A DNA stretch of 63,569 nucleotides, the filler included, from Reclinomonas americana ATCC 50394 (lineage: Eukaryota), in assembly GCA_048213135.1 (NCBI GenBank). It is 4 parts of one record of this genome, joined end to end, with 100 filler letters (N's around TTAATTAATTAA, not from the genome) between each part and the next. Parts side by side here need not be neighbours in the genome. Positions count along the whole stretch, not along the records: positions 25,791 to 52,887 come from PS015074.1; 3 more parts are not named here. One strand, written 5' to 3'. The number at the start of each line of letters is the position of its first letter. The stretch's first letter is position 1. Made by a program: the position numbers and the translations under genes. The notes below the pieces were generated by a model, which searched no databases, was not told where the DNA came from, and saw nothing but the letters and a program-made list of their open reading frames with translations. Below, in pieces: positions 29,017-40,317 of the stretch.

Positions 29017-32000
29017 TTCCTTCCCTTGTCCTCACATGCAAAACTGCTCGATACTTCGCTCTCTCAGCCTCCATTCTATCCTGTCCGCTCCCAACTGCGC
29101 TTCTCTGTTACTCAGTTTCATACTTCTCATTCGTGCTGTCTCCCTCCCTGTGTGTGTGTCTCTCTCTTTTTCTTCCCTGTGTGCGTCTCTCTCTCTCTCT
29201 CTCTCTGTCTCTCTGTCTCTGTCTCCTGCACCGCACCTTCACTCATCCTTCGCTCTCCAATACAGCCACGCATATTCACGAGAAGCACACTTGTCTCTCC
29301 ATCCCTTTCCTTTCTCTCCCCCAACTCGCTCCTTTCACTGCACAGATTCTCTCACTTATTCCCCCTTCCTCTTCCCCCTTCCCCCTTCCCCCTTCGCCCC
29401 TTTCCCCCCTCTCTCTGACTCACCCCGCATTGGCAGCCGTGAACGCCGGCAAGCGATTGACGTGCGCCAAGTCGGTGAGCTGGTGATACTTCCAGCGGTA
29501 CAGCTCGGCCAGCGAGGAGCGCATACGACCCTGGCTGTTGAGCTGAATGTGCGGCACACCGAGGCGGATGAAGCGAGTGAAGAGGCTCTGGTCAAAGTGG
29601 CTGTACTTTTGAATCGACATGTTCTGGATGATGGGCGGCAGCTGGTTGTGATCGCCAATCAGCACCACTCGCTTCAGGCGATTCTTGCCCAGGTCCTGCG
29701 CATTTGCGAAAACAGTCAACACACGTGGAAAAAATGCTGGGGGGTGGGGAGGACCACACGCAACTGGGTTCTGCAGCAGCATGGGGATAAACGTCTCAAT
29801 CTCCAAAATCTGTGCGCTCTCCTCCATGACAATGTTGTCGAACTGGAAGCCCAGCTCCACCAGATCGTGCCGCTTCAGTGCCGCATGCGTGCACGTCATG
29901 GCAATGATGCGTGCTTGCTTGGTCTGCAGGTAGTTGCCGCGGTCCTGGAAGCTACGCAGAATCTCAAAGGCACGGCAGTCCTCCAACTCGGCAAACCTGT
30001 CCGCCAACACAGTGAACACCTTCAGACCAAAATGATGCTTCTTGCCAGCACGCCAGACAGCGCAACATGCGGTCCAGATGCCGGAAGCAGCCACCGGCGG
30101 CCTCCATGTCCTTGGCGTAGTTGCCGACAAACAGATTGGGTGCGTTGGAGAAGAACGCGGCTGCAATGAAGAAAACACAAGGTGAGCAGGAAGAACGAAT
30201 GTGGAACACGCCACCCACAGATGTACGCAACTGAACGGGAAGTGCTGCGCCACGGCTGCGTCATCCTTGACTTGCATCCTGCAAAGCGAGGTGAGGCAAC
30301 GGCATTGCAGCACGACTTGGGAAGGGAGGAAGAGACGCAACAATTTGGCGTAGAAGCGCTCCTTGCGCTCAGTCACATTCTGTCGATTGTACAAGGCCGA
30401 CGACTCGCACGTCTCGCCATACGAATCCGAGTCGTTGACGGAGCGCGCCAGTCGCTTCACCTCATCCAGCAGCGCAAGACGCCTTGCCTGTAATTTCGAA
30501 TGCGTCAGTCGCGGCATTCTCGCACTCCACCACCGTAACAAGGGAGCTGCTCACCAGCATAAAATTGACACGACCCCACTTGCTAAAGTCCTGATCCAAC
30601 TCCAGCTCGCCCTCGCCGTGGCCGAGACGCAACAGATGCCTCTCGTTCACATCTACGACGGCGTGTGAGGGGAGGAGATGTCGTTACGCATGCAGCATTC
30701 ATATTCACCTCGCAGAGCAATCTTGGCAAACAAGTCGTTCAGCGCGTGATTCGAGTGCGTGACCAGCAGAGTGCGTTGTCCAGGGAAATTGTGATAAATG
30801 TTGGACACAATCTGCACCGCCACATCAGTCTTGCCTGTACCCGGCGGTCCAACCACCATGGTCAAGCCCGGCTGCATGCCCGACAGAATGGCCTCCACTG
30901 CACACACGTGCGTCAGAGACACACGCACAGCACTTGACAATCGCACACACGCCTCCCATACCTTGCGTCTCAGTGAAGCGCACAGTGTTCTGTCGTGGTA
31001 CGTCTTCCGGGTACGGTCCGGGATTGCGCGGATCGTACGGCTCCACCACGACTTCGTCCATGAGCTGATTGACGAACACGATTTAGTTGCAGCACTTCCC
31101 CCCTGTGTGTGTGCGGGGTGCAGTAAAAACTGACCTCACGACCGGCCTCGGCCTCGGCAGACACGCGAGGGAATGTGACGCGGAATGGCGGCCTGAGCAG
31201 CGCAGGGTCTTCGGTGGTGAACGACACGGCGCGTCCGGCGAATGCCTCGCGCACATGCGCCGCGTCTACAAAGGTGTCCTTGAAGTCCAGCGTGCGAATC
31301 ACACGGTCTGGCATGTTGTAGTACGAGGCCGCTGCCGCATCACCGTAGCCGAGGAACGTGTCCTGCAGCCACTCGGGGACCACGGTGTGTGTGGTCATGA
31401 GGTCCTTGATCGTCTCCAGCACGGCCTTGAAGTTGTTTTCCTGTTGCCCCACTCTTCACTTGAGCTCCATGCCTTTGGCACATCGCACATCACACATACA
31501 CGCACCTTGGGTTTGCGTCGGAGCACCAGCGACATGCCGCCGTAGATATGATCGGCCATGTCGGCCTCATTGTCCAAGTGATACTGCGCGGCGTCCATTT
31601 GCAAGCGCAGCACACGGCGGTGGCCCTCCAGCTCGGCCACTTGTGTCTCGCCACGGCCCGTGAAGGCGTTGCCGGCGCCGTCGCGAATCTCAATCACTTC
31701 GGCACCACGCACAAACTGCAGACCCGACTGCTCGCGGAACGGCAGCTCCGGATCGACCGGCTGGTCCACTGGCTGCGACGAATTAATGTGCAGCAGGAAC
31801 ACCACATCGTGCTGCTTGAGATCCTCCCACTCGCGCCGAATGTCCGGTCGAAGCGATGTGAGATCGTAGGCCAGCTGGCCGTACACGTGTGCCGGTACCT
31901 CCTCGCCGACTTTTGACTTGCCCACGTGCGTGATGCTGTGAGGGGAAAGGGAGTGAGCGGGAGAGGGGAGAGGGGAACGGAAGTGAGCGAGAGAGGGAGG

Positions 32001-34785
32001 GAGTGAGGGAGGGAGGGAGGAGGGAGAGTAGGAGAAGGGAGGGAGGGAGAGAGAGAGAGAGGAGGAGACCAACAGAGACGAGCGGCAACAGTCCTTCATG
32101 ATACACTACTCTCTCTCTCTCTTCTCTCTCCTCCTCCCTCCCTCCCTCTCTCTCTCTCTCACACACACACAGACTCTCTCTCTTGCCCTTCACCATCACC
32201 CAGTGACTCACCGGAAGCCATTCACCGGCAGCGCCATTCTCGACCAGCCCTTCATCACCTGCGAACCGTCGTCGGCCAGACGCGGCATCACCCGACGCAG
32301 CGCATCCTCCAAATCCTCACGAATCTCGTATGTGGACTCGAGACGGAACAGATCAAAGTTGCGCAGCAGATAGTCGTGCACGGTGAGGAATTGCAGATTG
32401 AGCTTCGGGAGAGCGAGGCACGTCTCGCCGTAGTATCGCTGCGTCGGCACCAGATTCTCGTCCCACAACACCTCCTGTGTGCGAGTGCAGAGAAGAAGGT
32501 TCTGTGTCAGGCACGGAGAGACAAAAGACGCGTGCTCCCTCACTCACCTCATCGGGGTACAGCGGCATCGTGCCGACAGTCTCCACCTGCGACCGTCTTC
32601 GTTCGTGCGCCGTGACCAAGATCTCCAGGAGCAACTCGCGCGGTTCGCTGCCACCCGACATGGCCGCGTCGTCACCGCCATCGTCCTGCATATTAACGAA
32701 TGAATCAGCCAACCATTCAGCCAAGTTCTCTCCCCCTCGTCTTCCACCACTCACCATGTCTTCGCTGTCACCCGCCGCCGGCAGCAAGCGCAACTGCACG
32801 CACAATTGGCGCAGACGCTCATCGGAGAGCACTTGCAGGTGCTTGGTGAGGCCGTCACGCGTCTGCACCGACGACAGATTGGCGAGTGCCAACAAGCGCA
32901 GCTCGNNNNNNNNNNNNNNNNNNNNNNNNNNNNNNNNNNNNNNNNNNNNNNNNNNNNNNNNNNNNNNNNNNNNNNNNNNNNNNNNNNNNNNNNNNNNNNN
33001 NNNNNNNNNNNNNNNNNNNNNNNNNNNNNNNNNNNNNNNNNNNNNNNNNNNNNNNNNNNNNNNNNNNNNNNNNNNNNNNNNNNNNNNNNNNNNNNNNNNN
33101 NNNNNNNNNNNNNNNNNNNNNNNNNNNNNNNNNNNNNNNNNNNNNNNNNNNNNNNNNNNNNNNNNNNNNNNNNNNNNNNNNNNNNNNNNNNNNNNNNNNN
33201 NNNNNNNNNNNNNNNNNNNNNNNNNNNNNNNNNNNNNNNNNNNNNNNNNNNNNNNNNNNNNNNNNNNNNNNNNNNNNNNNNNNNNNNNNNNNNNNNNNNN
33301 NNNNNNNNNNNNNNNNNNNNNNNNNNNNNNNNNNNNNNNNNNNNNNNNNNNNNNNNNNNNNNNNNNNNNNNNNNNNNNNNNNNNNNNNNNNNNNNNNNNN
33401 NNNNNNNNNNNNNNNNNNNNNNNNNNNNNNNNNNNNNNNNNNNNNNNNNNNNNNNNNNNNNNNNNNNNNNNNNNNCCGCTCATACACGTGTGTGTCCTGC
33501 ACGACGGCCAGCAAGAAGCGGCGGGTCGGCAGCTGCGACAGCAGATCGATCAGCAGCTCCAAGAAGCGCTCGGCAAAAACCACCATCTGCGGATCCGGAC
33601 GATTGGCGTCCATGCTGTGGAGGATGGAGACGAACTCCTCGATGCGGCTGCGCAGGTACGTCTGGTGCAGCACGTCGTTGGCGTCGGGACCACCTGCCCA
33701 ACACGATCGTCAGTCAAGCGAATGCGTCGCTCTCCGGTGAAAAAGACACACACCCTTTTGCGCCAGCTGCTTGTTGAGAATACGCCACGGCCTCTGCAGA
33801 TCGGGTGTGCGCTGCAACTCCAACTCCAGCCGCCCCGCATGCAACGACTTCCACACCGCCAGCGTGACGAGCGGCAAAAAGTTCTTGCGGATGACCTCGT
33901 TCTCCAGCGATGCAAAGGCGCGAATCAAAAACACCGTCATAAACGTGCGCTCCTTGATCGACACCACAATCGCTCCCTCTCCCTCCGTGGACGACAAGGA
34001 CGGCAAGCGCAGGAACTGAGCGACAAACGCCGCAAACTTGTGCGCATCGGCAGTGACACATGACCAGGGCGACACGCCCTCGCGATACTTTTCGTTGATC
34101 ATGAGTGCGATCGACATGATGTGTTCCAGAGAGGCGGAGCCGTCGGTCGGGTAGTGCGGCCAGAGGAATCTGCGTGTGCGTGAGAGAGTGAGAGTCAAAG
34201 ACAAGTGCGACATGGCGCGGAAATGTCGTCGACTTGCAAGAAAGCACGCGTGAAAGAGCATCCAACGGGCGAGAGAGGGAGAGATGGAGAGGGCGAGTGG
34301 AAGGGGCGGAGAGACACAGGGGGTGAAGCATGAGGAAACGGTCGACCACTCAGTGCATGCTGAGAGATAACAACAATCACAAGCAAGCACACTGCACAGT
34401 CGCTTGCTTGCCCGCTACAGATGCAACGACCCACACATGCACAGACATGAATGCACACACAAGAAGAAAAGACGAGAGAGCGAGAGAGAGACAACACTAT
34501 CAACACCAAAGTGCCTCACTGCATGACAACCCTGTTCCTCTCTCTCTCTCTCTCCTTTCTCTTCCTTCTCTCTTACACCCACCTCTCCAAGTACTGACTG
34601 ACTTCCAGCACCACGAGGCGACTGGGTGCAAAGCGCGGTGCGAGGTGCTCACGATACACAGCATGAATGACTTGCACTGCATCGGCATACGACGTCGCCA
34701 GTGCCTTGCGCTCATCGCCCCAGTGCGTCGCAGCCAGCACCATCAGCTCATCTTGAGTGAGCTCAGACACCGAAGGCGCTGCCAT
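27706..34785 (-). CDS. AQR: Aquarius / intron-binding protein 160, spliceosomal SF1 RNA helicase (one internal gap)
   Basis: [137 protein letters not shown]. Confidence 0.98.
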
Positions 34786-34868
34786 GTGAACGACGGAAGT
34801 GTGGCCGGCAGAGAGGACGAGAGCAGGACAACTTGTGATCCTGTTCAATTCGTCTCACTCGAGCTTTT

Positions 34869-35420
34869 ATGGCGTACGGACCACCGCGACCGAGAGTGGG
34901 GGAGAGGGAGGGGAACTTGTTCAATGTGAGACAGGAGCCGGAGCTTCTGGAGGAGGTGGGGAATGGTGACATACCACCGGCCGACGGTGACCAGCTGAGG
35001 CAGGTCTTACGCGAGAGACTCAGAGCAGCTGCGGCCAGGCGGCGTGGTGAACCAGAGAGACAGGAGGCGCCCACCGGCACCGGTGATATTGAAAGTGCTC
35101 GCGAGAGACTCAGAGCAGCCCTGGCCAGGCGACGCGATGAACGTGCGAGACAACAGCAGGAGGCCGTCGACGAGGGACGTCTGAACGGAGCTGTGGGTGC
35201 CGACGTGCCGAGAGGGTACAACGAGCGCCGCGCTCTGCGTCTCGCGGTGGAGTTTGCGCTGGAGATGGAGGCGGTTGGGAGCGAGGTGCAGCGTCGGCGG
35301 TACTTTGCGCAAAAGCTGGAGGAGACAGGAATGGCGGAGCGAGTGTGTGGCAAGTCGCGTGAGGAGCTGCGGAGCTGGCTCAGCGCGCTCATCGATGCCG
35401 ACTACGAGGACGGAGAGTGA
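34869..35420 (+). CDS. Intronless orphan ORF A (183 aa), YGPP/GMAERV family
   Basis: C-terminal ~60-aa domain shared with ORFs C and D; internal duplicated RERLRAA.ARRR. Confidence 0.75.
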   Translation: MAYGPPRPRVGEREGNLFNVRQEPELLEEVGNGDIPPADGDQLRQVLRERLRAAAARRRGEPERQEAPTGTGDIESARERLRAALARRRDERARQQQEAVDEGRLNGAVGADVPRGYNERRALRLAVEFALEMEAVGSEVQRRRYFAQKLEETGMAERVCGKSREELRSWLSALIDADYEDGE

Positions 35421-35639
35421 CGATCATGCATGTGAGAAACTATTAATACATGAGTGAACAGAACTGCGGGCGATTGGCTGCAGCCACCACCACCGCAGCG
35501 GCTGCAGCTGGTTGGCCGGAGTGAGCTCAGTCGCCGACAGTGTCGCCATGCGGCGCGGCGAACGACACACGCGCCGGACAACAGCGAGCGTGTTTGTCGA
35601 TCGTTTTATCGTTCTTGAGCGAAGACACGCCAAGGAGAC

Positions 35640-35930
35640 ATGGAGCCCGAGTCGAATGTGTCATCGGAGGCGTACTATGCGGCGAGGTACGGCAGGCGGC
35701 CGTCAGCTCAAGGCCTCATTGTTCGACGACGGGATCGCGATCAACGACGGAGGTTCTTCGACGAGCACGAGTCGAGTGAATACTACTACATATACAGCGC
35801 CTTGAGGGCGAGGCGAGAGGCAGAGCTCAATGATGCAGACATCGTGCGTGAGAGCATACGTGTGGCTGCTCTGGACGCGCACGATGCAGTGCAACACGAA
35901 GAGAGCGATGGTGTTGAGAAATCCTATTAA
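35640..35930 (+). CDS. Intronless orphan ORF B (96 aa)
   Basis: ATG-to-TAA ORF with a charged helical composition, followed by AT-rich sequence, lying inside the paralogue cluster. Confidence 0.5.
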   Translation: MEPESNVSSEAYYAARYGRRPSAQGLIVRRRDRDQRRRFFDEHESSEYYYIYSALRARREAELNDADIVRESIRVAALDAHDAVQHEESDGVEKSY

Positions 35931-36038
35931 TAATACACAACACGATGTAAATAGCTGTACCCGCTGCGATCAGCTGCCTGCGTGCAGCATGTAGTGAGGG
36001 AGTAGTGTGTTCTGCAGCTCACAACGTCTGCTGGATCC

Positions 36039-36542
36039 ATGTCCTCTCCGTCCGCCAGTTCAATTTATCCATCTCTCTCCACGCCAAGCATGTACGGCCC
36101 TCCGTCGATGTTCCGCCGCAACGAGATTGCACCGCGTGGTGGCGGTCAAGCAGAGCAGACTCCCGCGCGTCCCGTCCCACAAGCGGAGCCAATCGCGTGC
36201 TACGGACCGCCCTCCATGTTCCACGATGAAGTGCTCGTGGTGCCAGTCCCCGCGCCGCACCACCGCGAGGAGACAACCATGGCCGCGCACCTGGGCCTCG
36301 ACTCCGACACGCCCTCGCTCATCCCCGACGACGTGCGCAGCGAGAGCGATCGCCGCGCGCTGCGTCTCGCCGTCGAGTTCGCCACGGAGATGGAGTCGGC
36401 CAACGACGCACAACGCCGCCGCTATTACGCGCAAAAGGTCGAGGAGACGGGCATGGCGGAGCGAGTGCGCGGCAAGTCGCGTGACACCCTGTTAGCCATG
36501 CTACGCGAGCTGGTGGCCGCAGAGCGCGAGAAGGAGAAGTGA
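36039..36542 (+). CDS. Intronless orphan ORF C (167 aa), YGPP/GMAERV family
   Basis: YGPPSMF occurs twice; shared domain RRALRLAVEFATEME...QRRRYYAQKVEETGMAERVRGKSR. Confidence 0.78.
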   Translation: MSSPSASSIYPSLSTPSMYGPPSMFRRNEIAPRGGGQAEQTPARPVPQAEPIACYGPPSMFHDEVLVVPVPAPHHREETTMAAHLGLDSDTPSLIPDDVRSESDRRALRLAVEFATEMESANDAQRRRYYAQKVEETGMAERVRGKSRDTLLAMLRELVAAEREKEK

Positions 36543-36577
36543 ACGCGCGTGCAGTTCACAGTCTGATCAGTCGTATC

Positions 36578-36958
36578 ATGTTCAGCAGTGACGGTGAGCA
36601 CACGGTGCAGCTCAGTGACTCGCCCGAGCCTGTGTGCCACGGGCCACCACACGAGGCTGCACGTTTCGACCCTGGCGAGGAGCTCGAGTTCGTGCCTGAT
36701 CATGACAACGACAATGACGACCTCCGCCTTTCTGCGCAGGTGTCGCTCGGGCGCGGCCCACCCGCCCTCATCGCCGACGTTGACGAGCTGAGCGAGAGCG
36801 AGCATCGCGCGCTGCGATTGTGCGTCGAGTTGGCGTTGGAGGCGGCAGAGGACGTGCAGCGATATGCGCAGCGGATTGAGGATACAGGCATGGCGGAGCG
36901 CGTGCGTGGCCGCACGCGTGACGAGTTGCAGCGCATGCTTGATGAACTGCTCGATTGA
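36578..36958 (+). CDS. Intronless orphan ORF D (126 aa), YGPP/GMAERV family
   Basis: CHGPP motif; shared domain HRALRLCVELALE...YAQRIEDTGMAERVRGRTRDEL. Confidence 0.72.
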   Translation: MFSSDGEHTVQLSDSPEPVCHGPPHEAARFDPGEELEFVPDHDNDNDDLRLSAQVSLGRGPPALIADVDELSESEHRALRLCVELALEAAEDVQRYAQRIEDTGMAERVRGRTRDELQRMLDELLD

Positions 36959-37189
36959 CAGACACACTGGGNNNNNNNNNNNNNNNNNNNNNNNNNNNNN
37001 NNNNNNNNNNNNNNNNNNNNNNNNNNNNNNNNNNNNNNNNNNNNNNNNNNNNNNNNNNNNNNNNNNNNNNNNNNNNNNNNNNNNNNNNNNNNNNNNNNNN
37101 NNNNNNNNNNNNNNNNNNNNNNNNNNNNNNNNNNNNNNNNNNNNNNNNNNNNNNNNNNNNNNNNNNNNNNNNNNNNNNNNNNNNNNNNN

Positions 37190-37274
<85 letters not shown>

Positions 37275-37431
37275 GAGAGAGAGAGAGGCATGCATGTACA
37301 CGAGACAGACAGGGATGCAAGTGAGAAAGCACACTCACGCGCTCATTCACTTCACCCACTCTCTCTCTCTCTCACTCACCCTTGCCTCTCTCTTACTCAC
37401 TCTCCTCCTGCCACTCACTCACATGTCACAG

Positions 37432-39964
37432 GTTGAACGACTCGTTCTCGTCGTTGACAGCGGGCATGGTGCAGCAGCTTCTCGGCAAACTGTGTGTCAA
37501 CTTTGTCAACGTAATGACCTTTGCGGCGGTGTTTCGTTACGCGCGTTTTGCGCATTACTGGTCGCTGGAGAATGCGGGATGGGTGGCGCATGTGGTGGTC
37601 GCACTGCTGGTGGATCACTCGTATTACTGGTTGCATCGGGCGACGCACGAGTGCAATCTGGGATGGGGCGCGCATATTACGCATCACTCGTCGGAGGAGT
37701 ATAACCTGACGACGGCGCTGCGTCAGGGTGCCACGCAGGGTCTCTTTGGATTCATGGTGCGCAGAGGGAGATAGCAGTGACATCGTATCTCTTCCCCGCT
37801 CTCTTCTCTTCTCTCCTCTTCTCTTTTCATAACCTCTCCCGCTTGTCTTCACTTCTCGTCTAATCTTTCCATTCTCATCTCTCGTCATCTTCTCTGCACT
37901 TCTCTTCTCTTCGTCTTCTCCCGCCTTCTCCCGCCTTCTCCTCTCCTGTCCTCCCTTCTCATCTCTTCTCCCCTCGTCTTGTCGCATCCTCTCCTCTCTC
38001 CTCCTCTCTTCTCCTCTCTCTTCTCCTCTCTCTTCTTCTCTTTCTCCTCTCTTCACCTCTTCTCTTCTCCCTCTTCTCTTCCTTTCATTTCCTCGTCTCT
38101 CGCCTTCTCATCTCTTCCCTTTCTCCTTCTCCCTTCTCTTCTCTTCCCTTCTCTCCTCTCCTCTCCTCATTCGCGGGCTGCTCACCCACTTGCTTGTGTG
38201 CGCTCAGTTCTACTTGCCGCTGGCCACGTTCATCCACCCGAGTCTCTTTGTGTTGCACAGCCAGATCAACTTGATTTACCAGTGAGTCGCTCATGGGAAG
38301 GGTTTCTTTCCCTTGGCTGGCTGGTGAGCTTACCGCTGTGGATCGGTAGGTTTTGGATTCATACGCAGGCGGTGGATCGGCTGCCGTGGTGGATCGAGTG
38401 GTGGTTGAACACCCCGTCGCATCATCGCGTGCATCACGGGAGGAATGTTGCGTGAGCTTTTCTTCTCTCATTGTTGCTCCTCTTCCCTCGTTGTTGTTGT
38501 CGCTGCTGCTGTTGTTGGTGTTGCTTCGTCTTCTTCTTTTTTCCTGGTGTTTCTCTTCTTCTTCCCCTTCTTCTTGTCGTCGTCGTTGTTGTTGTTGTTA
38601 TTTTCTTATTATTCTTCTCTTTTTCTACTTCTCCTCCTCCTCCTTCTCCACCTCCTCCTCCTCCTTGTTGTTGTTGTTGTTGTTGTTGTTCTTCCTCTTG
38701 TTCCTTCTTCATGTTGGCACTCTGACGGTGGTTGTTGTTGCCCTTGTTGCTGTTATTCCTCTTCTTGTCTTCTCCGTCCATTGCTTGTTCCCTCCGTCAT
38801 TGTGGCATCTTCTTCTCCTTCTTCCCGTCCTCCTCCTCTCTTTTCTTCTCCTTCATCTTATTCTCCCTCGTCTCCTCCTCCTTCTTCTCCTTGTTTGTGT
38901 TCCTTATTCATGTTGTCACTCTGTTGCTGTCCTTGCTGCTGACAATCTTCTCCTCCCTCTCTCCCCACTTCTCCCCCTTCTCCCCCTTCTCCCCCTTATT
39001 CCCCTTCTCCCCCTTATTCCCCTTCTCCCCCCCTCCAGCCACGCTACTTGGACCGCAACTACGGTGGGGTGCTGATCATTTTCGACCGCATGTACAAGTC
39101 GTTTGAGCCGGAGGGCGAGCAGGTGGTGTACGGCCTGGTGCACCCCATCACCACCTACGATCCATTGTGGACGCAGTTTGAGCACTTTGCCGGCATCTTC
39201 AAGCAAGTGCTCTCGCTGCCGCACTGGTGGCAGAAACTCGGCGGTTTGTCTATCTCTTCCCCTCCTTCCCTCCCTCTTCTCCTTGTTGATGTTCCTGTGT
39301 GTGTCCTCTTCGCCAGTCATGTTCCGTGGCCCCGCCTGGAACCCGCTGGATCCGACGCACCCCTACGACGCGCCGGAGGTCGACCCCAGCAAGGTGTGTG
39401 ACGCATTCATTCACACAAAGACATGTTCACACACTGCTCAACTCTCCTTGCTCGTCAGAGCCCGGTTTTCAATCCGCGACCTGCCGGCCCACTCAAGGTG
39501 TACGCCTTTGCGCAGTACGTGGCGTCGGTGCTAGTGTTCCTGCCCATCAGCATCTTCCCACTCGACACTTTGGGATTCCTCAGCAAGGCCGCCTACTGCG
39601 TTGCGTTGTGCGAGGGCGGAGGACATTGATTTCTTCGTTTTTCTGTTGGCATGACCGAGGACGAAAACAACAGGTGTGGATCCTCACCACCATTGGCAAG
39701 ATCGGCGAGGACAACATCATTTTCTCGCGTCTGAGTCCGTGGGCACTGCTGGAGGTGGCGCGACTGGTGCTGACGCTGCTGTTCCCGCACGCGCTTCTCA
39801 TGAGCGGATTTGCATTCGGGGACACGGAGTTGCCGGCGCATCTTGCACTCGTTGCGCGTGTCTATGCCGTGGCCTGTCTGGCGTGGTTCGGTGCACTGGC
39901 AATGCGCATGACCACGACGTCAACGACTCCGGGAGAGGAGAAGAAGAAGGGCAAGTCCTCGTGA
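37432..39964 (+). CDS. AGMO: Alkylglycerol monooxygenase-like fatty-acid hydroxylase; 5' exons lost in a gap
   Basis: His boxes YYWLHRATH, AHITHHSSEEYNLTTALRQ, QFWIHT, NTPSHHRVHHGRN..YLDRNYGGVLIIFDR, VVYGLVHPI, plus an AGMO-like C-terminal membrane region. Confidence 0.88.
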
Positions 39965-40317
39965 AAGTGTCTTTTTTTTGCATGAAACTCATACGATCGA
40001 AATTCATTTCATTATTCCAACAACAACAACTATCGTCTCTGGGTGCCACACACTTCACACACGAGCATGTTTATGAGCAAAAAGCATCTCTGCCGCTCCA
40101 CACGGTAAGAGACACTCCGGAAAGCATTGCCTTTTTCAGCTCCACTCAGAACCCATCAAATTGCAATCATCCCACCTCGAGCTCCGCCCGTGCGTTGATC
40201 GACTCCTATCTTTTCTTTCTCGCAAAACAGACACATAGAAAAACATGGATACGTGCCGCCCATACGGCAACGGCATCGCTGGCAATAAACAAAGGAAAGG
40301 AACCACGTCGTTCGTCG

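Noticed and set aside
38353-39038. Long hydrophobic Leu/Ser ORFs (also 56140-56410 and the poly-ER/SL/HT/CV ORFs throughout)
   Set aside because: Translations of intronic (CTT/GTT/CT/CA)n simple repeats; flanking exons join cleanly without them.
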